Shown here: one piece after another, positions 36,634 to 49,424 of the stretch
Layout of the letters: each line of letters starts with the position of its first letter
How positions within the stretch are numbered: the first letter of the stretch is position 1
Source: Cyanophora paradoxa CCMP329
Taxonomy: Eukaryota > Plantae > Glaucophyta
NCBI GenBank assembly: GCA_004431415.1
Contig: QPMI01000113.1
Span: 186,001-250,000, forward strand
Reading direction: 5' to 3'
DNA: 64,000 nucleotides
The notes under the pieces: generated by a model
Seen by the model: the letters and a program-made list of their open reading frames with translations, nothing else
What the model was told of the DNA's origin: nothing
The model's database searches: none
Translations under genes and position numbers: made by a program

Positions 36634-38110
36634 GCATGAAACCCGATCAAAATTGCCTCCTGGAGCCGCAGCGCCTTGTCCCGATCGAGCGGGGCCGCCT
36701 CGAACGCCGCCAAGGCCTTGCAGCGGGCGTCGAGAACGAACTCGAACGAGACCCGATCGAGCGTCGAAAATCGAAATCGAATACCGAAGCTCGAGATCGA
36801 AACCCTTTGCGGCCCTTTGCGCCGGCGCCCCGCCCCGCGCGCGCCTCGTGGGGCTCGGAGCCCTCGGGGGGCGCCCCGCCCTCGAAGTGGCGGAACTCGA
36901 CCGCCTTGCGCTTCTCGATCTGGGCGAGGCCGGCTCGGAGGGCGGCAAGGCGGGCGGAGCCTCGGAGGGCGGGGAGGGGGGGCGCCTTGTAGCGGAGGCC
37001 GACGAAGAGGAAGGCGATCCAGCCGCCCAGCGCGCACAGCTGCCGCCCCGCCCTTCAGCGCCCCCGCTGGATTCCGCGCGGGGGCCGGCGGGCGCACGAG
37101 GGCGATGGCGAGGACGGGCTTCCAGGCGGCCCCGAGGCGGCGTGGGCGGCGAGGGCGCGCGCCGCGTGCACCACGGGCCCGAAGAAGAGGCACTGCGGGG
37201 CGCGCCGCTCGAGGCAGAGAGCGCAGTCAGCGTGCAGGGGTATGAGCACGAACTAGGGGATATCTGAATAATCGGCTAGCGCTCGCTGACGTCGACCCGC
37301 ACGCCGTCAGCCCGCTCGCTGGAAGTTTACCGCGGCACGCGCAGCCCCACACAGCACCGGGCACAGAGCACGAATGGAGTCAGCGTTCACCCTCAGCGCT
37401 GTCGTTCGGCCGCAACCGGCATCCGGCGCGCAGCCTCAGCATGTCTCTCTCGGCTTCGCATCTTCCATATCTCTTTCGGAAGCTCCCCGAAGCTTCCCGT
37501 CAGCCAGGCGCTTCGTCTCTGGCCACAACCGCGTCTCCCTTCACCCGGCTCGCAACCGCGTCTTTGAGCCGAAGCCCGCACTCTCTTTCAGCATCAGCTG
37601 CAAGGCGCCGAAGACTCCGGAGGAAGACGGTGCGCCTTCAAAGCTTCTTCGCCGCATTTCCTCGCTTGCCGCAACCGCTGATTATGATCTACCGCCATGC
37701 AGCTTTCAATCTCAGAGATTTTCTGGTCGATTACGAGAAGGAAACAGACGTCTCCAAGCGCTCTGAAATGCTGACCGTCGTCCGCTTGCTGTTTCGCGCG
37801 TGTCATCCACAGCTTGCTCATATTCTTGCAGGCCTGTGCGAGGGTCGTGCAGGGATCGGCCCAGCTGTTCGTTCCCGAGCTCAAGGGCGAGCTGGCCGGA
37901 CTCGGGGGCGAGCTGGCCGGACTCAAGGGTGAAGTGGCCGGACTCAAGGTTGGACTCTTGTTCCCCACGCCTTGTACTCTCAAATCCGATCCGTCACTGA
38001 CTTCGTGATATACATATATATAGTTCGCCGGCGGTTTCTTGGGCGTCGTGATCCTCCTCACTGCGATTGTGGCCAGCGTATTCAAGTTCGTGTATTTTTC
38101 GGTGCTTCGT

Positions 38111-38481
38111 CACTCAGAATCTCACGTTTCTCTTTCATGCCACAGATGAGATGCTCTACTCCGCCCTTAGGGGTTGGCTCTACTGCTTCGGCCTTCACTT
38201 CCCGGCCACCGCGCGCACGCCCTCCCAAAAGTGTGCAATCACGAAGCAGATGCGATTCCGAGTGTGCTGAAGGCGCGGCCTTGCGAAAGCGCGAAGTGCG
38301 GTCTAGGCCCTACGCGGCGGCGCGCGGCACCTGCGCGAGGGCGGCAGCTGGAGGGGGCCCGCAGCGGGCTCGCGGCGGCCGGCGGCGGGCCGGCTGGGGC
38401 GCGGCCGGGCGGGCGGCCGCGGGGAGGCGGGCTGACGACGAAGCGGACGAGGCATGAAAGAGAAACGTGAGATTCTGAGTG
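38111..38481. mobile_element. CACTC-ended MITE, copy 4
   Basis: Same 31-bp TIRs. Confidence 0.8.
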
Positions 38482-38880
38482 GCATGAAACCCGATCAAAA
38501 TTGCCTCCTGGAGCCGCAGCGCCTTGTCCCGATCGAGCGGGGCCGCCTCGAACGCCGCCAAGGCCTTGCAGCGGGCGTCGAGAACGAACTCGAACGAGAC
38601 CCACTTTGGTCCGCGCCGCTTCCAACGTTTTAACCCCTCTGCTGCTCCTTCTCCTTTTCGAGCTGCGTCTTCAGGTTGCGGAGCGGGCGGAGGTGCGGTC
38701 CCTCGGCCCCGGCGCGCCCCTAGCGTCCGGGCGTACACGAAGCAGTTCGCCTGCATCACGCTCTGGGTGTACCCCGCAATGTCGCGGGCGCCAACCGCCT
38801 CTCCTCGCGCAGGTAGCGGAGGAAGCGGATCCCGGAGGTAGACGTCGATGAAATCGTTTCGAGCCAGGAGATACCGGGGA
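38482..38880 (-). pseudogene. Tyrosine-recombinase-like remnant (duplicate)
   Basis: Duplicate of 7469-7870. Confidence 0.5.
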
Positions 38881-38889
38881 GGGCGGGGG

Positions 38890-41839
38890 CGCCGGGGCGT
38901 CGGCGGCGGCCGCGCTTGGCCCCGCGGCCTCTCGTTGACGCGCCTGCGGGGCGGGCGGCGGTGAGGGCGGCGCGTGGCGGGGCGGAAGGCCGCCGGGCGG
39001 ACTCCGGGGCGACGTGGTGAGGTTGAAGTCGAGGATGGCGGCCGAGATGGCGCGCGACTGCTCCGCCGCCTCCCGCCCCGCCCCTCCTCTCCGCCACCAG
39101 CCACGGCGCCACCGACCTGCCCCCGCCCCGCGCGTGAGCCCCCGGGGGCGCGGGCGGGGCGCGGGCGGGGCACATGGCGGGGGTGAGGCAGCCGGGGCCG
39201 GGGAGGGGCTCGAGCGCGGCTGCGGCGTCCCCGCCGTCGCCTGCGCGTCCAGCAGGAAGGCCCCCGTCGCCTCTGCCGCCCCCGCCCCGCCCGCCTCGGC
39301 CCCTCGCGCGCGCCGGGGCGGGGGCGGGCCGGGGCCGGGGCGAGGCGGGGGCGGGGGCGGCGGGCGCACGCTCGTCCATGTAGCGCATGAACTCGGCGTA
39401 GTTGATGAAGGGCCCGCCGCCCTCCTCGCCGCCCTCGTCGAGCGCGGCCAGCACCTCGTGCACCGCGGGGCGCGCCGCGGCGATCCCCATGCGCGACAGC
39501 CCCGCCGAGAACTCCTCCTCGGTGAGGAACCCGTCCCCGTCCCCGTCCAGCGAGATGAAGACCTTCCCCTGCGCCGGCCCCCGCGTCGGCGCCGCTGCGG
39601 GCCGGGCGATGGGGCCCCGGGCGCACCATGCGGTTGCGGGCGGCCTTCTGCTGCACGTACGTGCGCATCGCCTCGAGCAGCCGGCGCGCCTCGGGCGTCA
39701 GCGCCGGGTCCGCCAGCAGCGCCCTCCGCTTGAACGCCCCGTGCGCCCCGTGGCCCATGTTGAAGGCGTTCCCCGCCGTGGGGGGCGCCCTGGGGCCCGC
39801 CTTGCCGCCGGCGAGGGCGAGGCTCCCCTCCGACTTGCTCAGGGCGCGCAGCATGGCGGCGTAGTCGAGGCGGCCGCCGCCGTCGGGGGCGGGGAAGCGC
39901 GCCGCGAGCTCCTCGGCGGTCGCGAGGGCACGTCCATGTAGTAGAGCTCCCGCAGCGCCTCCCGCACGCCGGCCGCGCTCACCAGCCCCTCGCTCCGCTC
40001 GTCCAGCCGCCCCAGCGCCTTCCTCAGCCGGCCCCCCTCCTGGGCCACCTTCGAGTGCAGCGTCCGCAGCAGCCGCCGCGCCGGCTCGCTCAGGGGGCGC
40101 TGCTTGCCGCGCAGGAGGGGCACGTAGGACTGGGCCGGGGAGGGCGAGCGCAGGGAGGCGCCCCACGAGGCCGAGGGCGACTCCGGGAGGTGCGCGCCCC
40201 GCGGCGCGTGCGGCAGCGCCGGCTGCGGGCTCGAGGCGGGGCGGCCCTGCGAGGGCGAGGGCGGCGCGGCGGGGCGGCCGCCGGCGTGGAGGGCGCCGAG
40301 GAGGGGCCGGGGAGGGGAGCACACGAGGGGGCCGGCGGCGCGGAGGGGAGCGCTGGAGGAGCGGGGGCGGGGTGCGCGGCACGCGGAGGCCCCGGAGGAA
40401 GGAGGCCTCGGGAAGGGCGTGTAGGCGTGCGACGGCCGCCCGCTGTACACGTGCGCCAGCGGGCCCGCCACCGCCTGGCCCCGCCCCAGTCGCCCCAGCC
40501 CCGCCCCAGGGCGCGGCGGCGCGGCGGCGGGAGGGCGCACGGGCTTCTTCTTCGTGGCGGGGTCGTGTCGATGGCGTCTGGGGCCGTCCGCGGCCGCCCA
40601 GTCCTCCCCGTCGCCAACGCCGTCCCTGCCCCGCCCGCCCGCCCGCGTGAGGGGCGAGGGCGGGGCGAGGGGCGGCCGGGCTGCCGGGCACCCTCGGGCT
40701 CGGCGAGGGGAGGGCGCGCGGGGACTCCGGCTCGGGGCTGATGCCGTGCTCCTGGGGCGCGAGGGGGCGGGCCGAGGTCAGGGCGCCCTGGGAAGGGCGG
40801 CGCGAGGGCGGGGGGCGGCGGGGCGCACCGTGTGGGCGAGGTGGTCCCGCACGTAGGAGGGCACCGGCTGCGCCGGGGCCGAGTAGTTGCCCCTGCCGCC
40901 GCGCTCCGTCAGGGGCGGGGGCGTGGGGCCGGGGGCGGGGGCGGGGCGGGGGCGGGGGCGGGGTCACCCGGCGGCGTCGGTGAGGCTGGCGAGGAACTCC
41001 ATGTAGTCGATGGAGCCCGACCCGTCGGCGTCCACGTGCCGCAGGATCCGCCCCAGCACCTCCCCCGACACCTGCCGCCCCGCTCGGCCCCGGCCCCGCC
41101 CCCGCCTCCCCCGCGCGCTCTTGCAGGAGCGCGCCTTGGCGTGGAAGAACTCGAGGACCTTCGCCAGCTCCTCCGCGCTCACGACGCCTGCCCGCCCCCC
41201 GCCGCCCCCTCGGCCCCCCGCGCAGCGCCGGCGCCCTGGAGGGGCGGAGCGGGCCCCCCGCACCGTCCCGGTTCGCGTCGTACTTCAGGAACTGCGTGCG
41301 GAACTGCAACCCGTGCTGTCGCGCCTGCGCCCGCTGCTCCCCCGCCCCCGCGTCAGCGCCCGGGGACGGCGCCGTCTGAGAAAGCGGCCGGGCGCACGAG
41401 CAGCTCGAGGTAGCGCTTGACTTCGGCGTCCTGCGCGCCACGGGGCCGTCAGACCGGCTCGTCGCAGCTAAGCTAAGGCGCGGGGCGAGCCTTGGGGTCC
41501 ACTTTGACGAGGGGGCGCACGCCCTCGTTGCGGTTGGGCATGTGGCGCCCCGGGAAGGCAGCGCCGTCGAAGACGATGTGGTCTGCATGCGGGGCCGCCG
41601 TGAGCGCCCCGGGGCGCCCGCGAGCTCGAGGCCGGGCGGCGTGCAGCCCGCGCCGCGCGCCGAGCGGGGCGCACCGACGTTGGCGGTCATGGCCCCGTCC
41701 TCCTTGAAGCCCCGCTTGCCCCCGCTGCGACCGCAGCTGAGCCGTTGGCCACGCGGCACCCCGCGGCGGGCGGCCTACTGGAAGTCGGCGCCAGCCTGAG
41801 GAACCAGCCCGGGACCGATGTGGGATGCCGAGGAAGCAT
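38890..41839 (-). pseudogene. Multi-EF-hand protein gene, 3'-truncated (copy 3)
   Basis: Same EF-hand exons as copy 1, with several substitutions. Confidence 0.78.
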
Positions 41840-42304
41840 GGTGGAGGACCTTGGGGGCGGGCGGCGTGCTCCCTCGCGACCCCGACCTCTGCGCGGAGAG
41901 TGAGTCGCGGCGGGCTAGCTAGCAATGAAAGCTGGACTCTTAGCTAAGGATATGAGCGGGGCGTATAGGGGCCGAGGCTCGGGGAAGCCGGCCCGATCGG
42001 TGCCCGGAGCACGAGGCGGCAGCCGTTTCCACACGTTGTTGCGTATCCCACGCACAGATAAATTCGTTTTCTCGCCTCCAGGAGGCCGCGTTCGACCTGT
42101 CATCGCTCTGTTGCTCTGTTCTTAGATTGCTCTGTGACTGTAACCCCCTGGGCAGGCATTCGTGTACCCAGCCTTCGTCGTGGCTTAGTCTGCGCGTTAG
42201 GATAGAGGCAAGGTAACTAGGTCCCTCGCGGGCGTGGCGTATGCGCTCGGCGAGCTACGGATGCTTTAGGTGGCCGTCATCAGCACAGCTTGACACACGG
42301 CCGC

Positions 42305-43557
42305 ATGGCTGCGGAGTCCGCTGAGGTGCCGGAGGAGTGCGCATGGGCAGCGCCATCGTACGACGCGCGGGCAGCGAAGCGCACGAGGCGGACGGAAGGC
42401 CGCGCAATCAGCCTGGCAGCACTGGAGCGCGGGGACCCGGCAGCGCTCGCCAGCCTCTTGCGGGAGCTCGAGCAGCGCTCATTTTCGTCGCTGGAGCTCG
42501 AGCCGGCCGATCAGCAGGCATTGATCGATACGGAAGAAGCGGCGTTCGCGTTCTTCCGCGGTGCGTCGCGCGAGGAGAAGGAAGCGGTGCGCGTCCTCTT
42601 CCAGGACTCGCCGGAGGGCAAAGCGCTCGTGGGGTGTGCACGCGTCACATTGCTCGCACCGCTAGCGCCCGCGTACCGCTGCTCACGTGTGCGTTCCCGG
42701 GCAGGTACAACAGTGTGAGGGGAGTTAAGGAGCTCTTTCGCGTGAGGAGGCACGCCCCCGGCGAGACGCACCCGTGGCCGAACGCCGTGTTGCGGGAGCG
42801 AGCCTCGCTCGCCTTCGCTGTGATGGACCGCGCCGTCGCGGTCTGCCTGGCGGCTTGCTTCGCCGCCCTTGGATTTGATTTGGGGCACCTTCTCTCCGAG
42901 TGTGGCGACCCCGACCCGCCGCGCTCCTTCGCCGCCTCCCCGTTCGACCTCTTCCTGTACTCGAACGCCCCCGGGGCCCCGCCCGACGCCCCCAACTGCC
43001 ACGGTGCCCGCCCGCCCCGTCGCCCTCCGCACCCGTCCCAACGGGGTCGGCGGGGGTCGCAGAGCACACAGACCCTGGGTGCGCAGGGTCCTCTTGCGGG
43101 GCCGTGGCGAGCGCGCGCGTTGAGCGCACGCGAGCGCAGCTTCTTCACGGCCTCGTGGAGCCGCACGCCCGGCCTCGCCTGCCTGGACCTCGGCCCTGAC
43201 CCGCCGGCCTGGCGCCCCGCGGCGGCCCCGGGCCGCCTCGCCGTCTTCCCCGACCGCGCCCTGCAGGAGATCTCGGGCGGGCGCTTCCGCGCAGGTGCGG
43301 GCGCTCGCCGGTGTGGGCCTCGGCGGCGGCGCCCTCGCCCCGCAGCGGCCGATCGCGAGCGCCTGGCAGCGGTGCACAGGGTGGAGCGGGAGGAGGGCCG
43401 GCCCCGCCTCGCCCTCGTCTACGAGCTCAGGCCCCGCACCGGCGCGCCCATCGCCCCCTCCGCCCTCCGACCCCGCCCCCCGGGCCCCCCGACCCCAACC
43501 CCGGCCCCGACGCCGCCGGCCGTCGCGGCTGGAGGCGCTGCCGCCGCAGCGCACTAG
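42305..43557 (+). CDS. 2OG-Fe(II) dioxygenase, IPNS-like family, 5 exons, uninterrupted copy
   Basis: DIOX_N-like AFFRGASREEK and GYN..KELFRV. Iron ligands CHEHTDPG (HxD) and AVHRV (distal His), plus RLALVYELRP (2OG-binding Arg). Four GT-AG introns. Confidence 0.85.
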
Positions 43558-43772
43558 TACTCCAGTGCTGACTTGCAGCTGCCCACGCATGCGCATGTGG
43601 CCAAGTCGTGATCTTGACGCCCAGGCCCGGCCCGCGGCCTACGCCTGCCACCCGCACCGGGCTGTGCCTATATATAGCTAGCTATATAGATCCGACACCC
43701 TATGGCTAGAAACTCGTACATTCGGAACTTTTTTTTCTGCCACGGCCAGGCTTAACTTGCCAAACTTGAAAG

Positions 43773-44255
43773 TAGGGCTGCGCCCAGTGAGGTCCGCGGG
43801 CTCACTTTGTGAGTGAGCTTTTTGCGTCCCACTCACTCAGTCACTGTAGTGAGCAGGGGGTACGTTTTCGTATACGAGAAAAACGACCTAAAACGACCCA
43901 GATTTCCGAAGTTCGCCGATTTTTCAGGCACTTTCGAATTCGTGCTTTAACTGCGAGCTATTTCCACGGGCTTCTGAAGTGTCAAATTTTGGAGGGGCAT
44001 GCCATGATAGTCAGCATCGCGCGCGGTGCTGCTAGCTACGCATGTAGATCTGACTCAAAGCTTAAGTACCCCCAAATCGTTAGGTGGGGCGCCTGGGTCG
44101 TGATTTTTTGGCGCCAGATACCCCCCACACGGTGCTGGCGGAGGTCCTGCTCACTGGCCTCATACATTTTTCTTTGTACGAGTGAGCCGAAATCCTCACT
44201 CAGTGAGTGGAGTGAGACCCTCGACCCTCCACTGATCTCACTGGACCCAGCCCTA
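43773..44255. mobile_element. 483-bp hAT-type MITE
   Basis: 8-bp TSD cttgaaag (43765-43772, 44256-44263). TIR tagggctgcgcccagtgaggtc / gatctcactggacccagcccta. Subterminal CTCACT/AGTGAG motifs. Confidence 0.9.
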
Positions 44256-44570
44256 CTTGAAAGTGCAAAATTGGCTTGCTCGCCGCGGCGCGATCGAGCG
44301 CCGCACGCGAGCGCCATCCTGTGCGGCTAAAGCTTATATTAAAAGCTCTCATGCAGCATTAGCTTAAGCTTTCCACCGGCTCGAGCTCGATCGGCGAAAT
44401 TTGATCGGAGGGGGGAGGAAAAGGAGGGGGGGGCGAGCGGACGCGTGACGAAAACGTCGACGTCAGCGAACAGCAGCGAAACAGCCACAGCAACAAGCAG
44501 GAACAGCAACTTCGCGGACTGCAGATCGGCTAGACTCGAGTAGAAGCAAACTCACCATCAAGCCTTCAAG

Positions 44571-45080
44571 ATGGATGTGCGCCTGCCGAGCCGCCCTGAG
44601 CCCCGAGCCCGGTCGACGTCGGGCGTTTGCTGACGCGATGGCCCAGATGCCCATGATGCGCGTAGGTGACGATGAGGGGCACTCGATATTCGCAGCCGAG
44701 AAGAAGCAGCAATTTGAAGCCGCACTGGTCCATTCTGACGCTTGCTTCCGATCGTCCATTCTGACGCTTGCACTGCGATCGCAGCGGGAGCGTCAGGCCG
44801 CCTTGGAGAAGGAAGCTCAGAAGGCTCACGGTAACGCCCACCATGCCCATGTCCCGCAGAATGTGCATTTTCTCACCCGGCTCGTCGCGTCCTGAATGTG
44901 ACACATCGCCGGATATCCCTGCAGGGCGTGCCGCGGGCAGGGGCTAACCCTGGCGTCGGGGGCCCGCGGGAGCTGAGGCCGCGGCGGAGCGTCGACCACG
45001 GCCATGCGCCGCACTCGCCGGCTGGCCCCGAGTGGGCGCGCGTGGAGGAGTCCGCCCTCTTCTTCGGAGCGAACGAGTGA
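44571..45080 (+). CDS. Small (~105 aa) hypothetical protein, 4 exons
   Basis: MD/MPMMRVGDDEGHSIFAAEKKQQFEAAL/RERQAALEKEAQKAHGNAHHAHVPQN/GVPRAG...EESALFFGANE*, joined in frame by three GT-AG introns. Confidence 0.6.
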
Positions 45081-45616
45081 GGGGCGGCGGGGCGCCTCCG
45101 GGACCACGCGCGGACGTCCGCCTGAGTCGCGCGGCGGAGGGTTCGCCGGCCGCGCGCCGGCCGCTCGTGCGTGCAGGGCAGCGGAGGCGGCCGCTTGCTG
45201 GCGTCGTCTCCGACTCCCACTTCTCTTCTCTCTCTCCTCTTTGTCTGCACGGACGTTTGTCCCAGTGCAGCTGCATGTATAGCTTCGATTTCATCCATTA
45301 GCATTTCCCCGAGCTAGTTGCCGAGCACTTATTGCAATTGCTCGCTCGAGCTCCAGCGCTAGCGAACTCGTTTCGATGTCAGCGCCTCAGCGATATCGAT
45401 ATACAGCTCTGTCAGTGTTTTTCGGCCGCAGTGCGGACGACTCCGCGTTCGCGCCGGCGGTGATGTGCAAATAAGTATACGTAGCTCAAGTTTCATTCAT
45501 TCTGATTTCACGTCCGTCCGTACACGTATTGTATTCGCACGAGTATTCCCTTGGCTTTTGGCTGTATCCCCTCTCTAGGCCTGATGTACTTTCCTGATAC
45601 ACTTGCTCGAGCTGGC

Positions 45617-47952
45617 CTACGCTATCGAGGGGCGCCCCTTGGCGGGGCTGGCGGCCGCGGCCCCCCCCGGCTTGGAGTTCTCGTCGGGTGCCTTGGCGGG
45701 GGCGGGCTCCTCGGCGTGGTGCCTCTTGACGCTCTTCGCGGTGGTCGCCCCCGCCCCCGCCTCCGTCGTCGAGAAGGGCGGGTACGGGAGGAAGAGGCGC
45801 ATGAACTGCCCCCCGCCGGCCCACGCATGAGCGCCGGCGCCGGGCCGGGCCGGGGCGCGCGGGGCGGCCGGCGCACGTCCAGCAGCGTCCCGGCGCCGCC
45901 CGCCAGGGAGGGGTGCACCCCCGCCAGCATGTCTGCCCCGCCCCCTCGGCCCCGGCTCGCTGAAGCGGCGCCAGGGCGCGCACCGCGGAGGGGAGGGAGC
46001 GGGCGGGGAGGGGCACGGCGAGGGCGCCGGCGGAGGCCTGCTCCCCGCGGATCGCGTCGAGGGCGTCCGAGACGAGCCTGCGGGCACGCGCTCGCCCGGC
46101 GGCGGCCGGGGCGAGGCCGGCCCGCGCGCACCCGGCGACGGCGGCGGAGAGGTGGCCGGGGCCGGGGGCGGCGGGGCCCGAGGTGGCCCCCGCGAGGGAG
46201 GCCAGCACATAGGCCTCCCCGCTCACGAAGATCGCCGCGCCCTCCTCCCGGGCTGCCCGCCCCGCCCCCGCCGTGGGCACCCGGGCGGAGGCGGGGGCGC
46301 GGCGGGGGCGGGGCCGGCGCACGGCCCAGGAGACGCCGCCGAAGATGACGAGCTTGTCGCCGACGGCGGCGGAGGCGTGCATGAGCAGCGCCGGGGGCGC
46401 GAACTCGGGCGAGAGCGCCCGCGGCCGGTGCCACTCCATCGTCCCTGCCCCGCCCCCGGGGGGTCGGTGCTGGGGGCGGGGGGCGGGGGCGCAAGGGGCG
46501 GCGGGGGCGGGGACCGGTGTCGAGGACGTGGAGGTCGGCGAGGATGTCGGTGTTGCGGCCGCCGTAGACCGCCACGCGGTGCCCCGCGGCGGCGGCGCTG
46601 TGCATGGCCCGCATGGGCGGCGGGTCGCCGAGGGTGGCGGCGCCGACGGCGAGGGGCCGGCGCGGGGGCCGGAACTCGAGGAAGGCGGTCTCCATGGGGG
46701 AGGCCGGCGTCGCGGGGCCGCCCCCGCCCGTCACGAAGACCAGCTCCCCGTCCGTCGTCGCCGCCGCGCACCCCTGCAGCTGCTGCCCGCACCGCTCCAG
46801 GCCCTCCACGTCGAGCCGCCGCCAGCTCAGCTCCTCCCCGATGTCGAGCGCCCAGGCGTCCGCGACGGGGCGCCCCGCGCGGTTGAGGCCGCCGAGGACC
46901 ACGAGGCTCGCCCCGTAGTACGCCGCCGCCGTGCTCTCGCGGGGCGCCCACGAGGGGCGTGCTGCAGCCCGCTCGCCCCGAGCCGGCGGGGGCCAGCGGG
47001 GGCGCCCCGGCGAGGGGGCCGGCGGCGGCGGGCGGCAGGGGCCTGGGGGCGCCCTTGGGGAGGAGGATGACGGCGGTGTGGCCCATGCGGGGCTCGGGGG
47101 CCCCCGCGGGGGCGTCGACGAGGGGCTTGAGCCAGGCGCGCATCTCCGTGTCGTAGATGTACACGTCGTTGAAGAGCTCGCGCCCGTTCGTCCCCCCGAA
47201 GACGTACAGGCGCGGGCCGAGGGCGCACAGGGAGTGGCCCCAGCGCCCCCGCGGGCGCTCGCCGCGGGCGGGGGGCCGGGACCAGGTGGCGGTCAGGCTC
47301 GCGCTGCGGGCCCCGTGGGCGGCCATCGCCAGCTCGACCACGTCCAGGTCCTCCACCGCCGCCCCGTCCTCGTCCAGCCCGCCTGCCCCCGCCCCGCCCC
47401 CGCCCCCGCCCCTCAGCAGGGGCCCCGCAGCGCCGCCCCCCGCCGCCCGGCCCGCACCGAACATGTAGACCTTGCCGCGGCACGTCGCCATCGCGTGCGC
47501 AAAGCGGCTGCCCCCCGCGCAGCCCGGTGAGCCGAGGCAGGGGCGGGGGCGGGGGCGGCTTGCACCCGGCCGGTTCTGTCCCTACCGACTGCAGGGCGCG
47601 GTGCGTCGGCGTCAGGCCACGGATGCAAGCAGGCGCGCCGGGGCCGCGCGGCGGACCTCGAGGGGCATCCACCGGAGCTGCGACCCGCGGACCTCGCGCG
47701 CCGGCGGCACATCCTCGTGCACGGTCCCCGAAGGGTAGATCCGTACGCGGGAGGTGAAGTTGGGCTGGCCCACGGGGTCCACCCCGGGATCAAACGTGCT
47801 GCGCCGGCGGCGTAAGCAATTCTTTAGGGCGGCCAGCTGCAGCACGCGTTCGGAAGAGCGGACGAGCGGGACCGCTCGCACCGCGTGGGAGCGCCTCGCC
47901 GAGGAATCCCGACGTGATAAGGCGATGGATGAGCTGGAGGCAGCTCCGCCAT
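45617..47952 (-). CDS. Kelch-repeat beta-propeller protein, multi-exon
   Basis: Repeats RFAHAMATCRGKVYMFGG, RWGHSLCALGPRLYVFGGTNG, RMGHTAV...VVLGG, RAMHSAAAAGHRVAVYGG and LMHASAAVGDKLVIFGG. Confidence 0.88.
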
Positions 47953-48181
47953 GCAACCGCACCGCGGCCAGCGCCGGCACTCGGCGCCCGGATCAAATCA
48001 GTGAGCGCGAACAGATGTCCTGAAGTCGTAGATAGCACTAGATGCACGCCTACGCTTAGCTATGGCGTGGCACGGTTGCCCAAACGTCGGCAGTTGGCCA
48101 GGCATCTACGTACCCCCGCTTTTAATCGCTAAGCGCTACCGTGCAGCGCAGCGCAGCTCAGCAAAGATCGACAGCGCATGC

Positions 48182-49424
48182 ATGGACGGAGGCGGCGCGC
48201 CAGACGGAGGCACGGTACCAGCGGAGCACGTGGCGCTGCCGGACGAGCTTCTTCTCCTGATCTTCTCATCGCTACCGCTGGCTGACAAGAGGAGGTTCGC
48301 TAACGTGTGCAGAGCTTGGCGACGGTTCCGGCCTGTGCGCCACCTTGCCGGCGCCCGGCACAAAGCGCCGCGGCCGCGGCCTCGGCTGACGGTCGCCGCG
48401 CGCGCAGGCCGACATCGTCGTTGATGAACGGGGCCCTCCGCATGGCTATCGGAGCATCTCTGAAGCGATCGAACGAGCCGGCGACGATGAGATCGTCCGG
48501 GTGCGAGCTGGCCGGTTCGTAGTCGGGCTGGGCTGATGGGACGCCTTATTGACATTGGGCTGATGCTGATGGGCTGATGGTAGGTACGAAGAGACGCTGC
48601 ACTTGAGCAAGAGAATACACATCGTCGGGGAGCCGGGCGCGGTGCTGGCGAGCGGGTCGAAGAGCCGCTCTAAGGCGCTCGCGCTCCTGTGCGCACACGC
48701 CCTCCCGGGGGTCCCCTCGGAGCGCCCCGCGCGCGGCCCCCGCTCACCGGCCGTAAAAATTTCAAAATTTCGCTTGCAGGATATGCGGAGGACCGGCGGA
48801 GGCGTCGCCGAGCGTGCACGGGCTGCGGATCTGCGCGGAGGGCGAGCAGCCCGGAGTGTTCATTTACGGGGGCAGCCAGGCCCGCATCGAGCGCTGCGAT
48901 AGTCCGCCCCCCGCCCCCCGCCGCGCCCCCGGCGCAGCCTGACGCCCTTGTCGCAGTCTCGGCGACGTCGGTGGGCGTGGTGGTGATGGGGGCGGGGACG
49001 GGCCCGGGGGTGCGCGGCTGCGCGATCCACGGCTGCCGCACGGCGGTGCTGTTCGTGAAGGGCGCGGACGGGGTGATGGAGGGGAACGAGCTGCACGGCA
49101 ACGTGGACGGGGTGACCATCGGCCCCCGCTGCTCGCCCCTGCTCCTCCGCAACCGCCTACGGGACCAGCGCGTGCGCCCTCCCGCCCCCGCGCCCCCTAC
49201 CGGATTGACGCGGGGCGGGCCAGACGGGGGTCTTCGCGCTGCGCGGGGCCGGGGGGCGGCTGGAGGGGAACGTCTTCGCGGGCCGGGGCCGGCGCCTGGA
49301 GCTCGAGCCCGGGGCGCGCTGCGTCGTGCGGGAGGCGGAGCTAGGCGAGCCGGCGCCGCCCGGCCTCGTCACCCTCCTCGCCTCCTGGCTCGCCCGCCGC
49401 CTCGCCGCCTGGTACCGCCCCTGA
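48182..49424 (+). CDS. F-box protein with right-handed beta-helix (PbH1/CASH) repeats, FBXO10/11-like architecture
   Basis: F-box LPDELLLLIFSSLPLADKRRFANVCRAWRR. YRSISEAIERA...YEETLHLSKRIHIVGE. GCAIHGCRTAV...GNELHGNVDGV. Confidence 0.85.

Larger units (their letters stand above)
34043..43560. repeat. Segmental duplication block, copy 3 (continues into unique sequence)
   Basis: Collinear with 2933-13485 but lacks both insertions. Includes the 1.87-kb tandem (34920-36754 / 36762-38602). Confidence 0.93.

Noticed and set aside
43809-44330. 173-aa ORF
   Set aside because: It lies inside the hAT MITE and shows no recognisable protein motifs.
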